A stretch of DNA of 64,000 nt from Carcharhinus amblyrhynchos (lineage: Eukaryota): NCBI GenBank assembly GCA_965287045.1, contig OZ336885.1, forward strand, positions 66,154,001-66,218,000, written 5' to 3'. The translations under genes and the position numbers were made by a program. This document shows, piece by piece, positions 13,301 to 28,300 of this stretch (positions are counted from its first letter, which is position 1; each line of letters begins with the position of its first letter). The notes under the pieces are model-generated. The model saw only the letters and a list, made by a program, of their open reading frames with translations, did no database searches and was not told where the DNA came from.

Positions 13301-16300
13301 GAAAGTTATTTATGGTTCTGCTCAACTAGTTGCCTTGTTTCCAAGGCGGCGAACTGAAATGTGTCGGCGTTACTTCAAAACAATTTGCAATAAATTAATT
13401 AAACCGTCTTCGTCGGTGAAAACAATCAGAGGTATGTTAAAACATGACTGATGTGGTGTAAAATAGTGACGCAATCAAGCAGTGAAATAAATAAGTCTTC
13501 TTTGTGGATTTCCAAAATGATGTTAGTCAGCAAGAATGCTACACATGATGGAAATGTTGTCATTACTACTATCAGTTCTTGAACAAAGGTTAAATAAGTC
13601 AGTTTCACAGACGATCTCAACAAAAAAAAAGTCAGGCATAAAATTTTAGCATACTATATGATATTTTAAAGTCTTCTGCAGGCGACTCTCTTGCCAGAGA
13701 TTTACCGCCTCGTCTGCCGAAGGCTTGTACGTTTCCGGCCGAGGCCAATGGAGAATTCCGTTCTTCGAGCTTCGCCCGCCCCAATCTGGGGCAGGAGAGG
13801 TGGTAAAATTCCTGCGACTGTGTACAGACAACGATAAGTTCTGACATTCTAATGCAGTCATATGAGCAAACATTGGAACACCATGTCAAGAGAACAACAA
13901 AAAAAGGTCCACAATATTTAAAACATAAGCATTAAATCTGGAAATAATCAGTTCTGTAGGCAAAACGAAATGGACAAAAAAAAATCCAGCTGAATGATTG
14001 GTCATCACATGATGAATGCTCAGATACGTGAAGTGGTAACTCGTTTTTGTCTAGTGAACTACTGTTTGCGCATTTCACGATTTTTCTTGCATGTTTAAGT
14101 AAACAGATTACTATGCTGAAGGATTACATCGCTGCAGAAAAAATCAAGATAATAAACAAAATAATGAATGTTTATTTTACATTCAATTCATATACGTGAA
14201 TGGATTGAAATAGGAAATTATGCCGAATGAGCTAAAGGTTAGCTGGGCATTGCGAAAGCAGGAAGGGTTCCATGCACTAAAATATGCCTTAAACTGAACT
14301 GAGGGCATGTCGAATTAATAATTGACATAACCTGCCTTTAATGAAGACAAATACATACCAATTCCAGAACAATTCTTTTCTCTATCAGGCGATATGTTTT
14401 ACTAAGTTGGAGAGATGAAACACTGTCTATTCGCACTACCAGAAGCAGACTACGTCGCTTAAAGGTTGGAACACGGCTGGTATTAAATGATGAAGAGAAC
14501 CCATGCACGCAGATCATTGTACATACACGCGAACAGACACTGACATTCACGTTGAAAGGATGTATACACCGACGCGAACATCTGCATTTTGGCAGAAATG
14601 CACAGGCAGGGTTCTAAACACAAACAGACAGAATGATCAAAAATTCAAAGAAAGAAAAATAAAGTGAGGCGCAAGGTTTTACTAACACAGAACAGAAATA
14701 CGCACCCAACCAGGCACACCAACAGGCACACAAAAGATAGACTTCTTCGCGCAAATTCTCAGGTTCTCACTCGTGCAGATTTTCGCGTGTGCACGCAGAC
14801 AGGCATGCAAACAAGCAAAAACAAACCCAAGGCCGCGTTCGCTAGCACACAAGTGCGCCCCATCCATTGCATCATGCAAATAGAAATGCAGAGAGAAATT
14901 CAGATACACGGTCAAATGCACAGTGAAACGTGCAAACACATAGACACACAAAAAGAAACTAGCACACACAAACAGAAACAAATTCAGTACGGAGAGGCGT
15001 AAAAACAAAGACACATGGACATACACTCTGTCTATGCCTTGCGCACAAAGGCACACAAATCCACGACGAATCTGACGAAATGACAGATGTGTTCGCACAG
15101 GCTTTCCTCACAAGTGCATCGGTTCTCACCTTCACTCTCACAAGAACATATTCAAATGTAAAAACGAACCTGCACACGGAAACGCATAAGAATAAGTGCA
15201 AAACCACAAATAATGGCACGCAAATGCAACGACAGATATAAATTTACAGGCACAAAAACAGAGAAGGGAAACATGCACATAGACAAAGTCGCACGCGCAT
15301 GCAATCACAGGCAGAAATACGTTTCAGCACGCATGCTTACATGCATTTAAACGTTTTCTCTAACTCACGGGCACATACACATGCATACCAATACACAAAC
15401 ACGCATGCACGCACGCGCGCGCGCGTACACACACACACACACACGAACGACACCCATGTGGACACATCATTTTTATAACTGCACTGATTATAGGATCTGC
15501 GCACATATGCGCACACAAAGGAACATAAGCACACACTCGTTAAAAATCCATCAAGAGACGAAAGTGATATCTCGGCCCCATTGAAATAATGACAGTCACG
15601 AGGACACATTCACAAAACATGCACACAGTTAAGTATGCGCACAAATAAACCGAAATTCTCACGCAGAAGCAAATACAGGCACATCACATATTCACACACA
15701 GACAGACGTGCATATTATACCAATTTACATGCCAGTCATAAGGAAGGACTGTAGAGTATATACCAATGGTAAGAAAGGACTGGAGAAAAAAAAGATAAGG
15801 AGCCACGTATATCAAAGGAAATAAAAGAGGGTATTAGATTGAAAGATAAGACATACAAAGTGGCAAAAATTATTGGGAAACTCGAGGATTGCGAAATATT
15901 TAAAGGTCAACAGACAACTACGAAAAAAGCTAAACAGAAAAGTAAGATTGATTATAAGGGTAAACTAGCTTAGAACATAAAAAACAGATAGCAAAAGTTG
16001 CTACAGATATATATTTAAAAAAAAAATGCCTAAAGTAAATATTGGTCCTTTAGAGGATAAGAAGGGGGATGTAATAACGGAATGAGAAAATGGCTGCGGC
16101 ATTGAACAGACATTTGGTGTCGTTCTTCACAGTGGAAGACACAAACAGCATGCCAAAAATTGATGATAAGAAGGCTAAGACAGTTGAGGACCGAAAAACT
16201 ATCATTATCTCGAAGGAGTTAGTATTAAGCATGCTAAGGGGGCTAAAGGTAAACATGTCTCCTGGTCCTAATGGAATGCATCCCAGATTACTAAAAGTGA

Positions 16301-19300
16301 TGACAGAGAAATAGCAGAATCACTAGTAATAATTTACCAAATTCGCGGCACTCTGGGCTGGTTCCCACAGATTGAAAAACAGCACATGGGATGCCATAGT
16401 TTAAAGAATAAGATGAACAACAAGTGGATAACTAGATGCCAGTTAGCTTAACTTTGGTAATAGGGAAAATGCTTGAATATATATTATCAATGAAGAAATA
16501 GCGAGACATCTGGATATAAATTGGCGCAGCATGGGTTCCTGAAGGGCAGTTCAGGTTTGACTATATTGGTGGGATTCTTTGAGAACAATATACGCTGGAC
16601 AAAGGGGATGTGATGCATTTGCATTTTTAGAAGACATTTGACAAGGTGGTGCACCAAAGACTGTTGCATAAGATAATGGTGTACGGTGTGATGTGTAATG
16701 ATTAGCATAGTTGAAGGATTGGCTTCCTAACAGAAAGCAAAACATGGGAGTAAATGGGAGCTTTTTTTCTGATTGGCGATCAGTGGCTAATGGTGTGCCT
16801 CAGGCATCAGTGTTGGGACCGCAATTGTTGATGATATGCATCGATGAATTACAGTTGGGGACCAAGTGTAGTGTGCCAAAATTCGCAGATAACACTCAGA
16901 TGAGTGCAGAGCATGCTGAAAGTCTGAAAATGTATATCGGTAGTCTAAGTGAGTGGGCGAGGGTCTGGCAGGTGGAGTACAATGTTGGTAAATGTGAGGT
17001 TATCCATTCTGGTATGAATAACAGCAAAATAGACTATTATTTAAATGGTAAAATATTGCAGCATGCTGTTTTGCAGAAAGACCTGGGTGTCCGTGTGCAA
17101 GAATCACAATGAGTTCGTTTGCAGATCTAGCAGGTTATTAAGAAGGCAAATGGAATTTTGACTGTCATTGCACGAAGGATGGAGATCAAAAACAGCAAGG
17201 TTACGTTGCAGCTGTAAAGGTTGCTGGTCAGGCCTAATCTGGAGTGCTGTGAACAAAATTTGGTCTCCTTACTTGAGAAAGGATAGGCTGGCACTGGGGG
17301 TGGGGGTTGAGGGGGAGGGTGGTGTAGAGGAGATTCACTAGTTTGATTTCGGATTTGAGAAGTTTGGCTTATGAAGAGGGACAGAGTGGACTGTGGATAT
17401 ACTCATTGGAATACAGAAGAATGAGGCCAGATCTTATAGAAACATTTAAGATTATGAAGGAAATAGATACGATAGAAGCCGGGAAGTTGTTTCCTCCGGC
17501 GGATGAAACTAGAACTAGGGGGCATTGCCTCAAAATAAGATGGAGCAGATTTAGGACTGAGTTGAGGAGGAACTTCTTCACACAAAGGGTTGTGAATCTG
17601 TGGAATTCATTGCTCAGTGAAACATTTAAGGCTACCTTATTGAATTTTTTTTTAAGGCAAGGATAGATAAACTTTTGAACAGTAAAGTAATTAATAGTTA
17701 TGGTGTGTGGGCGGCTAAGTGCAGCTGAGTACACGAAAAGATCAGCCACGATGTTCTTGAATGGTGGAGCAGGCTCGAGGGGCCAGATGGCTTACTCCTG
17801 CTCCTCGTTCTTATGTTCTTGTATTCTTATTAGCAAGCATGCATACACACACAAAGTTTCTCTCTACCGCCAGCGCACACATGCTGACAGATATTTTTGA
17901 TGATTTACCGCTTTGAACATTTTTGTTCCAGACGTAGCTAAATATACAGAATTGTTGAAGGTGTTAGGTAAGATTTATTCAATCCCAATCTGATTTCATT
18001 CTATAACAATACATTCAGAAAAAAAGCACGGAAAATAAAATAGTACCTTACCCATGCACCACATTTTTTTTATTATCACGGAAGAAAAGCTGCCAGCCAT
18101 TTACACTCAGCCTATTTACGTTGACTGGAATTTGATTTCCATTCACCTTTACAGAAGATAAAGTGAAAGTGAAAACCAGTGGTAAGTTGTCTAATATTGA
18201 TTGAACAAAAATACTGTTCTATAGACCTTATTACCAAAGGATTTTCTCTCGCAATATTACAATGGTTCTGAGTTTCGCCTCATATGGGGTTCATACTTCT
18301 GATGCACTGCAGCAAAACAGGTTTCACATGGAGAAGTGTAATTTCGAGAATTACATATATTGGATTGATTTATTCCATCAACATCAACAACAATCACATT
18401 ATCTGCGCATATACCAATTGTGTCCGAGGAGCATCACTATTGAGAACTGTTTGTTTCATTGTTTAAAGTATATAATTCTGAATTGTAGTCATTAACTTTA
18501 AAGCACCTTTAGATTTAATGACAAGATGCATATGTACAGTATATTGAGGTGGACCTAAGTTAAGCTATGCCTTAACCAAGGAACATTCCCAACTTCCCTT
18601 TCCCTGGTTAGTGCATGAATCTCCACTTACCCGCTCGCTCACCACAACCCTTAATTAAATTACTGTTCAATAACTTAACTATCCTTGCCTTAAAAACATT
18701 CAATGAGGTAGCCTCACCTGTGTCACTGGGCGGGGAATTCCACAGCTTCACCAACCTTTGTTTCAAGAAGTTCCTCCCCAATTCAGTCCTGCATCAGCTC
18801 CCCCTTATTTCGAGACCATGCCTCCTAGTTCTAGATTCACCCGCCAGTGGAAGCAACTTCCCTGTTTCTATCGTATCTATTCCCTTCCGATGTTCTTTCA
18901 GTGCATCTGACAATGAACGATGAATTAGTTTTGCAGACGCGAGAACACCATTGATACTTTAACATCAGTTGTGGAAAAGAAAATCAGCTGTTTACATTTT
19001 CCACAAAATGTTCCACAAATTTGCCGTAATTGTGACTTCCCCCTCAAAGATAAAAGATGAACAAAAACTGATACTTCATGAAAATATTAGAGCATAGTAA
19101 ACAATTACGGTTTGTAGGCAAGGCATAGAAAATTTGTACAAATGATTTTTGTTGTTTTTCCGTTAACACCCTTCCCACGCCTAAACGACAAAAAGCATCA
19201 GTGCAATGCGTCAATTGTTTGTTGATTGGTATGCGATTCTAATCCCCTAACAATGCAATTTTGTAGAAAGTTTCAAAATTTTAATATAAACTTCAACAAA

Positions 19301-22300
19301 TACTGTATTCTGATTTTTTTTTAGTTTAAAGTAATTTTCATATTCCATGAAGTTGTTTCTTGATGATTCCAAATTCATTTTTCAAATGAATATATCGTTA
19401 TTTACCCTGTTATTTGCGAAGAAAGGAGGAGGAATGTTTTTGTTTGAATCCGTGATAACACTTCTAATGAAATATGCAGCAAACGATGTCATTATATTCT
19501 ATTCATATTCCACGTTTCGGTTGAATAAGTGCATAGAAGAGATGAGCAGAAGCTAGATAAATGCCGAAGTGAAAAGTAGATAGTAGACGGCATAATGAAC
19601 TTCAAAAACGTAAGAAACTAATGTGTGGATTTCAAAACAAAAAAATCCGTCATGTTTCCTGGAGTTACATGTTTCTGTTTAGTGAATGTGATGTAGTTCA
19701 ACGATTTTTGGATGCACGTTTGACGAAACTTGCGTAAGATTTCATAACTGATTACATTTAACTATTTAACTTAGATTATTAGAGAATGCTGGCAATTGTT
19801 TGGCCTCTATCGTGATTTCTCTGCAACAGGGCAGCAAATAGAAATGTTATAGCAGGAAGTGGAGATTAATTGCAATAACTGCCTGAACTCCAATTCTTCT
19901 AAATTTCAGATTTAACAAAATGTCAAGATACTTTGGAAGATCTAGGTTGGGAAAATATTAGATCTTTTTTTTTAAGAAAAGAATGTTCCATAATTAGTTT
20001 CCAACTCCATCCAACTGCTTCATCTAACGTTGGATGATCCGAATAACAAAGCTGCTTTCAAAACTATATTTCCTGAAGCCATACACGTGTTTACTAAGTA
20101 AGTTATTGGTATAGAAATGCAACGGCCCTCCTATAGTTGCATCCCCGAAACACCGTCAAAGTGAACGACATATTGGGCACTTGTGTTTTTTTTCACTGTC
20201 AAGCACGATCGCATCTCGTTCGTGTACAGACTACGTCCACTCTTTGTTTTTCATGCCCTTCATTTCTGTAGCTGCATTGCGCCGATTCATCGCGAGTTGT
20301 TTTACACAATGTTCAAACGGAAAACTGTCAGCTAATAAAGGATTTAGCAAAATCTGTGCAAATGAGTAGGCCCACAATTTATTTAATATCATTATTTATA
20401 TACTTATTATTTATATACTATCTATATAATCAGCAATTAAGATTTGGCCATGTGTATTTTCATTCGAAGTATGTGTATGGTAATTTGCTCTGTTTTCATC
20501 CTTAAAATACGCTTACAACAGAGGAAAAGCTGAAAAAAAAAGGGAAAGGTATTTGCACAATTGACTCATCATTACTAAGAACAAGCAGGGGTAGAGATGC
20601 ATACTGTGTCTCTTGAAACGCATAGAAGGCTGTGGAATATATCAACAAATACATAGCGCAGGATGGGCGCTTTGTGCTACAACAAAACGATTCAATTGTT
20701 CGTTCGCTATAGGACTATTCGACCCGATTCCAATGGTTCACTAGTATCTTCAAATTATTTTTAAGGGCGCAGGCATAAATGAAGCAACCTTGAGATCCGA
20801 ATGGCAGGTGTTTAATCAGACTTGCAAAACCAATACCCAGAATTATATAGCAGCACAAATTGAACTGAAATTAATGATTCGTTGGCAGTTGTATACGGCA
20901 TAGATTGTTTGGCTAGAATACAAAATTAATGTTGCTTCAGATAGCACGTACAACATTCATTCACAAATAATGCTGAACTAAAGAGTGACGATATGAGATG
21001 CTAGTTATCCCGGAGACTGATGTGTGCTGTCGTTCTTCACGTCACGTCTATCCTCTATTTTGTCGCGGTTTAACGAGAGGTGACAAAGATTTAGAAGGAA
21101 TTTTGAATAATAGCATTTTACAGGTTTACTTTGAGGACAACAGCACTTCACTGCCACGGAAATTCCACCCGGATAAATTTTTTCACGCTACAACATGGTG
21201 TTGTGTATCGCCACGTTAATGTAAATTTTCCATTATTTGTCATACTTTGCATAAATGACCGTGACAGGTAGAATAGATATGCAGTGGGCATTGAGACATC
21301 TGGAGGTACATCTATATGTTTCTATGGCAATAGATTTTATGTTCCTCCATGTTCTCCCAAAACCGTTGAATACAGTATGTTCTTTGAAGGCTGCAGCTTC
21401 CCATGTGAGCGAGCAATAAGCTATTGCATGGCAAAGACGGAAATATTAAATTTTGTCTGTTACAGAAGAGAAAAGGCTGTTCGAATACGCAAACGAATTA
21501 GGTGAGGAAAACACTTTCGGTATGATTGACAACAGTTCAGTTGCGAGCCATAACTTGTCTATTGCATGTGATTGAAAATAAATGAATAAATGGGGCGGCA
21601 TTGTAGCACAATGTGTTGAATGCAGGATAAAAGACCGCCGCGAGTTCTTCTCAAATGAATATATATCGGCAGCAATATTCGAAACCGCAAACCCTCTATC
21701 GAGAAGGACAATGTAAATAGGTGCATTCGAATATCACGACCTGGAGTTTCCACTCGAAGCCACAACCCTCGCTTCCTTAGAAATATATCAGCGTCGGTTC
21801 GGAAACACTGAATCAAATTAGATGAAAGCACTGAACAGCTACAAAAGTGTTTGCAAAAGAGATGATCAGTGAACAATAATGAAGGTTGTTTCTCTCCATC
21901 TTTTCGAGGCAAATTAGGAACGGAAAATGAAGACATTTCCTGAATTTGACAGCCAATACAGATAATATTAATCATTTATGTGACGTAAGCGATGTTCTGT
22001 GGCCCAGCATTTATTGCAAGAAACATGATTTCCAAATTGCTGAATTGTCTCCCACTCACGTATTCCTCCCTCAGGGCATAGTAATGAATCATGTTGACTC
22101 TTACGACAAAGTGCAATGGTTTAATGGCCAGCATTAGAACTTGAATTCCAAGTGTGTTAATAATGTAAGTTTCACGATTTGACTTGGTGTAATTCGTATC
22201 TGAATCAAGTCTATATTGTTGCTTCTCTGGGTTACTAGTCCACTGAAAATAGCGCACCAATTAAACATCATTTTTTAACCCACCAGTTCCATTGAACTTG

Positions 22301-25300
22301 TTGTCTAAGAACTTATTAAGATTTACGAGCTATTCGCATTGGTTAGTGTTCCCGTTGTTTAGGTGTTCATGCTGATGGGAAGTTCGGCTGTTGCAGAAGG
22401 CGAAACTTTGAGTTCTCGGCGGTCTAGTTTTGACTCAATGGGGAAACATATTGGTATGGATATGTACTCATGAACCTGACTCTGAACTACTGCGCGCCGG
22501 ATCCCGCCACCAACAAAATGCCGTGGTCTTGGCTTTTCAGTTTAAAGTAATGTTTGTTTATTCGTCACAAGTAGGCTTGCATTCACACGGCAGTGAAGGT
22601 ATTGTGAAAATACCCCAGTCGACACCATCCGACGCCAGTTGGGGTATACTGGGAGAGAATTCAGCATGTCCAATACACCTAACTTGCACATCTTTGGACT
22701 GTGGGAGGAAACTGAAGCACCGGGAGGAAACCCACGCAGACAAAATGAGAACCTGCAGACTCCACACAGACAGTGACCCAGTTTGGGAATCAAACCCAGA
22801 TCCTTGGTGCCGTGCTGACGATTGTCCCCTGGCGCTTTCCAGAATAGATTATACGATTTTTTTTGATTGGTGGAAATATCCACTTGGAATCAGATGTTCA
22901 GCCTCTGAGTATCCGGAAAAGACATCAGCTTGGTTTCCACCAAGCAATACAATGTGGTAACAATTTAGGGTGCGCTTGTAAAAATTGACACACAGGGCCA
23001 AACATTGTTCGTTTCCCCTGTATGGTGATATTTAGTGTAGCGCTCTGAAGTGCAAACGTCACCCAAAAATTGTTCTGACATGAGCAAGATGCACATTTGT
23101 CTCACAAAGACTATCCTACATGTTTTGATTAACAGTTCGTTGGAGTATATTTGAAAAGTGTATTTCTGCATTTTCTAGCAACCAATTGTGGATATCCGGA
23201 CGGATTACATGGAGAAAGAGGAACACAAACATGAATTTTGCATGCAGCACCCGCACTTCAATGAATCTCCCCAAAAACATGCCATTAACATATCCAATAA
23301 ATTCCACAGACTCCAATGTGATTACTTCCAGCCACTCAGAACTAACAGGCCACACACCATTTGTCTCTATTCGGAAATCCATGCCCCAGAGACCCTCCAA
23401 TTCTGGACCTGCAAAAGCCCTTGCTGTACAATCAAAACCGTCTGTCAACCTCAGTCGCACACATAACCTATTGCTGAGTCTTCACCCAAATGCGAGTTTA
23501 GAAAATTGACCCTCACAGATCCAAATGTCCCAACAGCTAACCTTCACACACCTAGTCACTTCCAACCACCAATCCTCCGAAACGCCCCTAAATGCCCAGG
23601 CACATTGAATATCCGAACAGATTTACAGGGAGATGGAGGAGTACACACCCTAACTTTATATGTGTCACCCTCTATTCAACGAGTCTCCCCAACAACCTGC
23701 CATTAACATATCTGCCCTGTAAATTGTTGTATGTTGTAATTGGCTTGCCTAGTTAAGTGTCACCAATCAATGCGATGGATCTGAACGTCGATGCCTGTTC
23801 TGGTGACGATGCGCGTTGCTTGGTTCTCATCTGGCGAATGTGGAGTCAGTCAGAATACGCGAAATTTACTGAAAACATTTGGGAATGCAGTGGCAAGTTT
23901 ACCTGAAATACAACCTCCAACAAGTAACATGACGTTGCGTTAAACGTCGCAAGGAACTCAGCGATTGCACAATAATTGCTGAAAATTGTATTCTATTAAT
24001 ATTTGTATGGAATACCAATGTACTGTCATCAGTCTAGCTCGCAGTTTAGCACGTTGGACTTGTTAGCAGCCTCATATTTTTCGCACCTGCTTCTTTCATT
24101 TGTGTAAGGGGAGGATGATGCAATTTTTGAGGTGATGAGCCGACAGGCTCAGAGCGGGAAATCGAGAAGCGAAATATGCTGTATAAACGCTTTGCAGGGG
24201 CAGGTGCTTAACCACTACTAATTTGTGGTAAACATAAAATTATGACTGAGAAATAGAACTAGGATCTTGTAACTGTACAACAGCAAACAGACATAGTTTA
24301 AACAACACAGGATGGGGCAAGGATGAAGGGGAATGAATGTTATCTCATGAGAACAAACTAAGCAGGACAGAAACCTACGATTCGGCATATTGCCAACCCA
24401 CATTATGGGAACAACCGTGGTTTTAATCACTAATACAGGGTATGAAGGTTGCTGAAGCTAGACAGAACTATAGTCAAGGACAGTGAAGAAACTGCCTATT
24501 GTGTAGGGATAACACCAGATGTGCAGAGTGAAGTAAAACATGTACATCACATCTTGTAGGAATGTAAAATGTCCAGATTGTGAAACAAATGGCAAGCAAG
24601 ATGTGTTGTTTCTGCAACTGAGTCTATTTTCTAGCTACAGGGGAATAAAAGGTCACTGAGATAGTAGGGACATCAGCGATTAAGTTAGCAGAAAACTGGA
24701 TACAGCCGGTCTGAACTGGACTTGTTAACAGTTCTCCGGGGAACATTGATAAGACGGATGAATCTCATAAGAACTAATCAAGTAAGGATATTGAAACAAC
24801 CCTACAATATGCACTCTTGCAATAACAGAAAAAGATGGTTAGAGGGGAGCAGAGGGGCTGGGACATGAGCCAACATACAGCACAACCTGTAACTAGGGGT
24901 ACCTTAAGCCAATAGGGGAATGACAACACATAAATGGGACAGGGACCACCAATTAGGGGAGAACAATGTATTGTGTAATTGATTAACATGCTTGTAGAAA
25001 TAGTATAAAGAGCCTGCTTAAACTCGATGTAAGGTGTGCCTATCTTTTGGACACCCGGTCTTGCAAGAACGTTAAATAAAATATCTTGCTCCTTCGGAAC
25101 TTGACTCCACTAAATTGTTTGACTGTGAGCTGCGTTTCACACATTTGTATATCGAATGTGTCACCAGGATGCTACCTGCCGCCGACCACAGAGCGGGCGA
25201 GGATCCGACATCCACTGTTTCCAATGACTTCGGTCGGGAATTTCTCGTCCTTTTCGAGTGAGTAGATGCACGCATTGAGCTAACTGAACGAAACAGAAGC

Positions 25301-28300
25301 CCCTTGGACATTCATTCTTTGTGGGATTCCGCATGACAGTTGCTAAACAAATGAAAATCGGCCAGATTTTTTTTTCAATTCCAGCAACAAGTTGGGAGTC
25401 AGGTGTAATCGACTGCATCCACCATCGCACCACATCTCCGAATCAAATTGCACATGTCAAACGTCCCATGTTCTAATAACTTTGATAACTTTATTTTAAT
25501 GAATGCATGAGGGACAAATCCATATCGTATTTCTTATTTCAGGAATACAGGAGTTCCACATGCATGCGCGATTTTGCTCGGAGGACATGTTGCCTACAAT
25601 TTGTAGGCGGAACCATATATTGCTAAAACTGTTGCTTATTATTTGGTTGCAATTGCGAATGACGTAGTGCTCTGTAGAAATCCGGAATGCAAATATTATT
25701 TTCAACAGAAGGAAAACTGAAAGCAAAAGGTCAAGGTAACTGGCTTATACGTTCACTATTTAGAGGGAAGACAAATTTCGTTATTATGCTTACTGATGTT
25801 CCTTTTTTTTCATTCATGCAAAACGCTTCTCACTCTAAGGACTTATTCTTCTTGGAAGTATACATTTTCCGAGCTTTGATATAGTAGAATTGTATCGTAA
25901 GATTAATTTATGGCAACACTACAATGCAACACGACAACGCTAAGGAACTAATTAATTCAATTAATTAAAGCGATAGTTTTTTTGGCGGAGATAGCCATAA
26001 ATCTCATCCGTGGACAATGCATTCAAATGGAAGGTGAAATACTAGTTACATCTGTTCATTCTATGGTTGACGTGTATTGTGTTTTCTTTGTGTGGACAGC
26101 CAAATATGAACCGATTAATACTCCTTGCAAATGTATTCGCTGTTCCTGACAAGATTAAGAGAACTGTCAGTCAAAATCAATTATGATTTAAAATCAAGGA
26201 AGAATATTAGGGAGTGCAGAATTAACGTTAAAATGTCCTCTATTCATAAATCACTGTCCCAGCAAGGAAAAAAAACAAGTCATAGTTTCAAATGGATATT
26301 GCGAACATATGTACTGGAAGTAGGCAACTCGCTCTTCCTGCGTCACATTCCACAAACAAAACAGCCCGTTGTGGATCAGTGATCCAATGTGACATTCAAC
26401 ACTTTACCTCGCACATACTTTGATTTATTTAATCTCAACATTCAGTTTTATAAAATATTCAGCCAAGATGCAGCGAAAGGATTGGTTGAGGTGGAATACT
26501 ATCTTTTAAAGAAGATTTCGTTTCGCAACATTAATCAAAAAGTGATTTGCTGCATTGAGGAGTGCAGATATGCCCGATGTCCTCGAGATTCTGCCCATAT
26601 AGGAGGAACTTTAAAGAAAATGGGCATACGCGTATCTCCGATGTTCTAAATGTTCTATATGCCTACAAACAGTCAGGGAGAAGATGGACAACCCAAAAAT
26701 TTAGACATATCTCAGAGAAGAATTAAACTTGTGAAAGAATAGAATCAATTGCAACTTGTCCACATTAATTTGGCTAGGCTGAAAGACGTATGTGTGATGA
26801 TCAGTGAAGAAGTGCACCTCAACTTCGCCTGGAGATGGGTGTCGTGATATATATAGCAGGGATGTGGGCTCGGCTACAATTAAACAGATTTACATGTACA
26901 TTGAGCAGATGCTGGCATTTTAAGAGGCTTAGCATAAAATAATCCCAAGATACGAATGGTATGTAACATCGGTTCCTGTTTCAGTCACGGGGCGATTTTG
27001 TTGAAACTCAATCGTTAATTCAAAAATCCAACCTCGTCTCAGTAGAGGTGCCAGATGGATGGACAACTGCTTGCATTTAACCATTATACTTGAATGGAAG
27101 CAGGGGCAATCCACATGATTACGGGGTTTGCATCAGAGGAAGGGAAATCATTGGTAAACAAATAATCATCAAGACCTAATTCATTTACAGTTGCCGCGGC
27201 AAGAATTCTTCAAAGACGGTTGACATTGTCCTTTTCATGGGGAGACAATGTGTAACAAATTTGACGGAATTTTCCAATAAGTGGTTGGCCTGTGGATGGA
27301 GACAATGGAATTGAGGTAGTCTACAGGTAATTCAGTAGCCCTCTTGGCAAAGCATTACGTGGGGAGTGAATCGAATGTAATAGCCCTGAGAATCAAAGAC
27401 AATTTGCCAAATTTGCTTAAAAACTCGCTTAGTGACAGGAAACGGAGCGTAATTAAGGAACTTAGTTTTGTGACTGGATGTCTTTGTCCAATGTTGACTA
27501 TCGGGATCACTGATGGTTCCCTTTCTTTCCCATGTATACCTTGGTGATCCAGACCTAAGTTTGAGAAAATGGCCAGTAAGTTGGCATATGACACAAACAT
27601 TCGTGCTGTGCAAAATAGCGAAGATAAACGCCTTAGATTGTAAAATGATGTAGTTGTGCTGAACAGATGATAGAGCAGTGGCAAAAGGAGTACATCACTG
27701 AGTATTTGGAGGCGCGAAATTTTTGGAGGAACGCTCGGAAGTTAAGCGGACTTAAGAGTCCGTAGTGTTCATGTTCAAATATTCGCTACGGTGCGGTTAA
27801 ATGTAGATCAGTTGGCATATGGTCAGTTGCCTTTTGGAGCCAATGCATTGAATATAACTGCTGGGTTGTTAAGATTGAGCTGTACGATACGCTAGTTAGG
27901 CTAAAGCTCACGAAAGGATTGGATGCAGTTTCGGTAGGCATGTAGAAAGATAGATGCAATTTCAATAGAAAGGGTGATTCACCTGATGAAGGGGCAGCAC
28001 TCCGGAAGCTCGTGCTACCATATAAACCTAATGTTGTGTGACTTCTTACTGTTTTCAAATAAAAATGATATTTAGGCGGGGGATCGGATTAAGGTGTGCC
28101 GAATTATGAGTATATTTAGGACAGATATGGACTGTAAAAAAAAGTTGACGGTAGAATGGGGCAATAGACAAGGGGAGGGCACAAAAGTTTAAAGTGAAAG
28201 ATACGAGATTTAGAGCGCATTTTGAGAAATTCGTTTTAGCGTTGGGTGTCATAGGGATCTGGAACTCGTTGACTAAAATCATGACGGCAACACTCCCAGC

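Noticed and set aside
14919-14956. RSS-like CACAGTG + 22 nt + ACAAAAAGA
   Set aside because: It lies in CA-rich low-complexity DNA where such matches arise by chance, the nonamer is 7/9, and no V, D or J segment is adjacent
14664-15609. Several 60-140 aa ORFs rich in H/T/Q or C/V
   Set aside because: Artifacts of CA/TG low-complexity sequence
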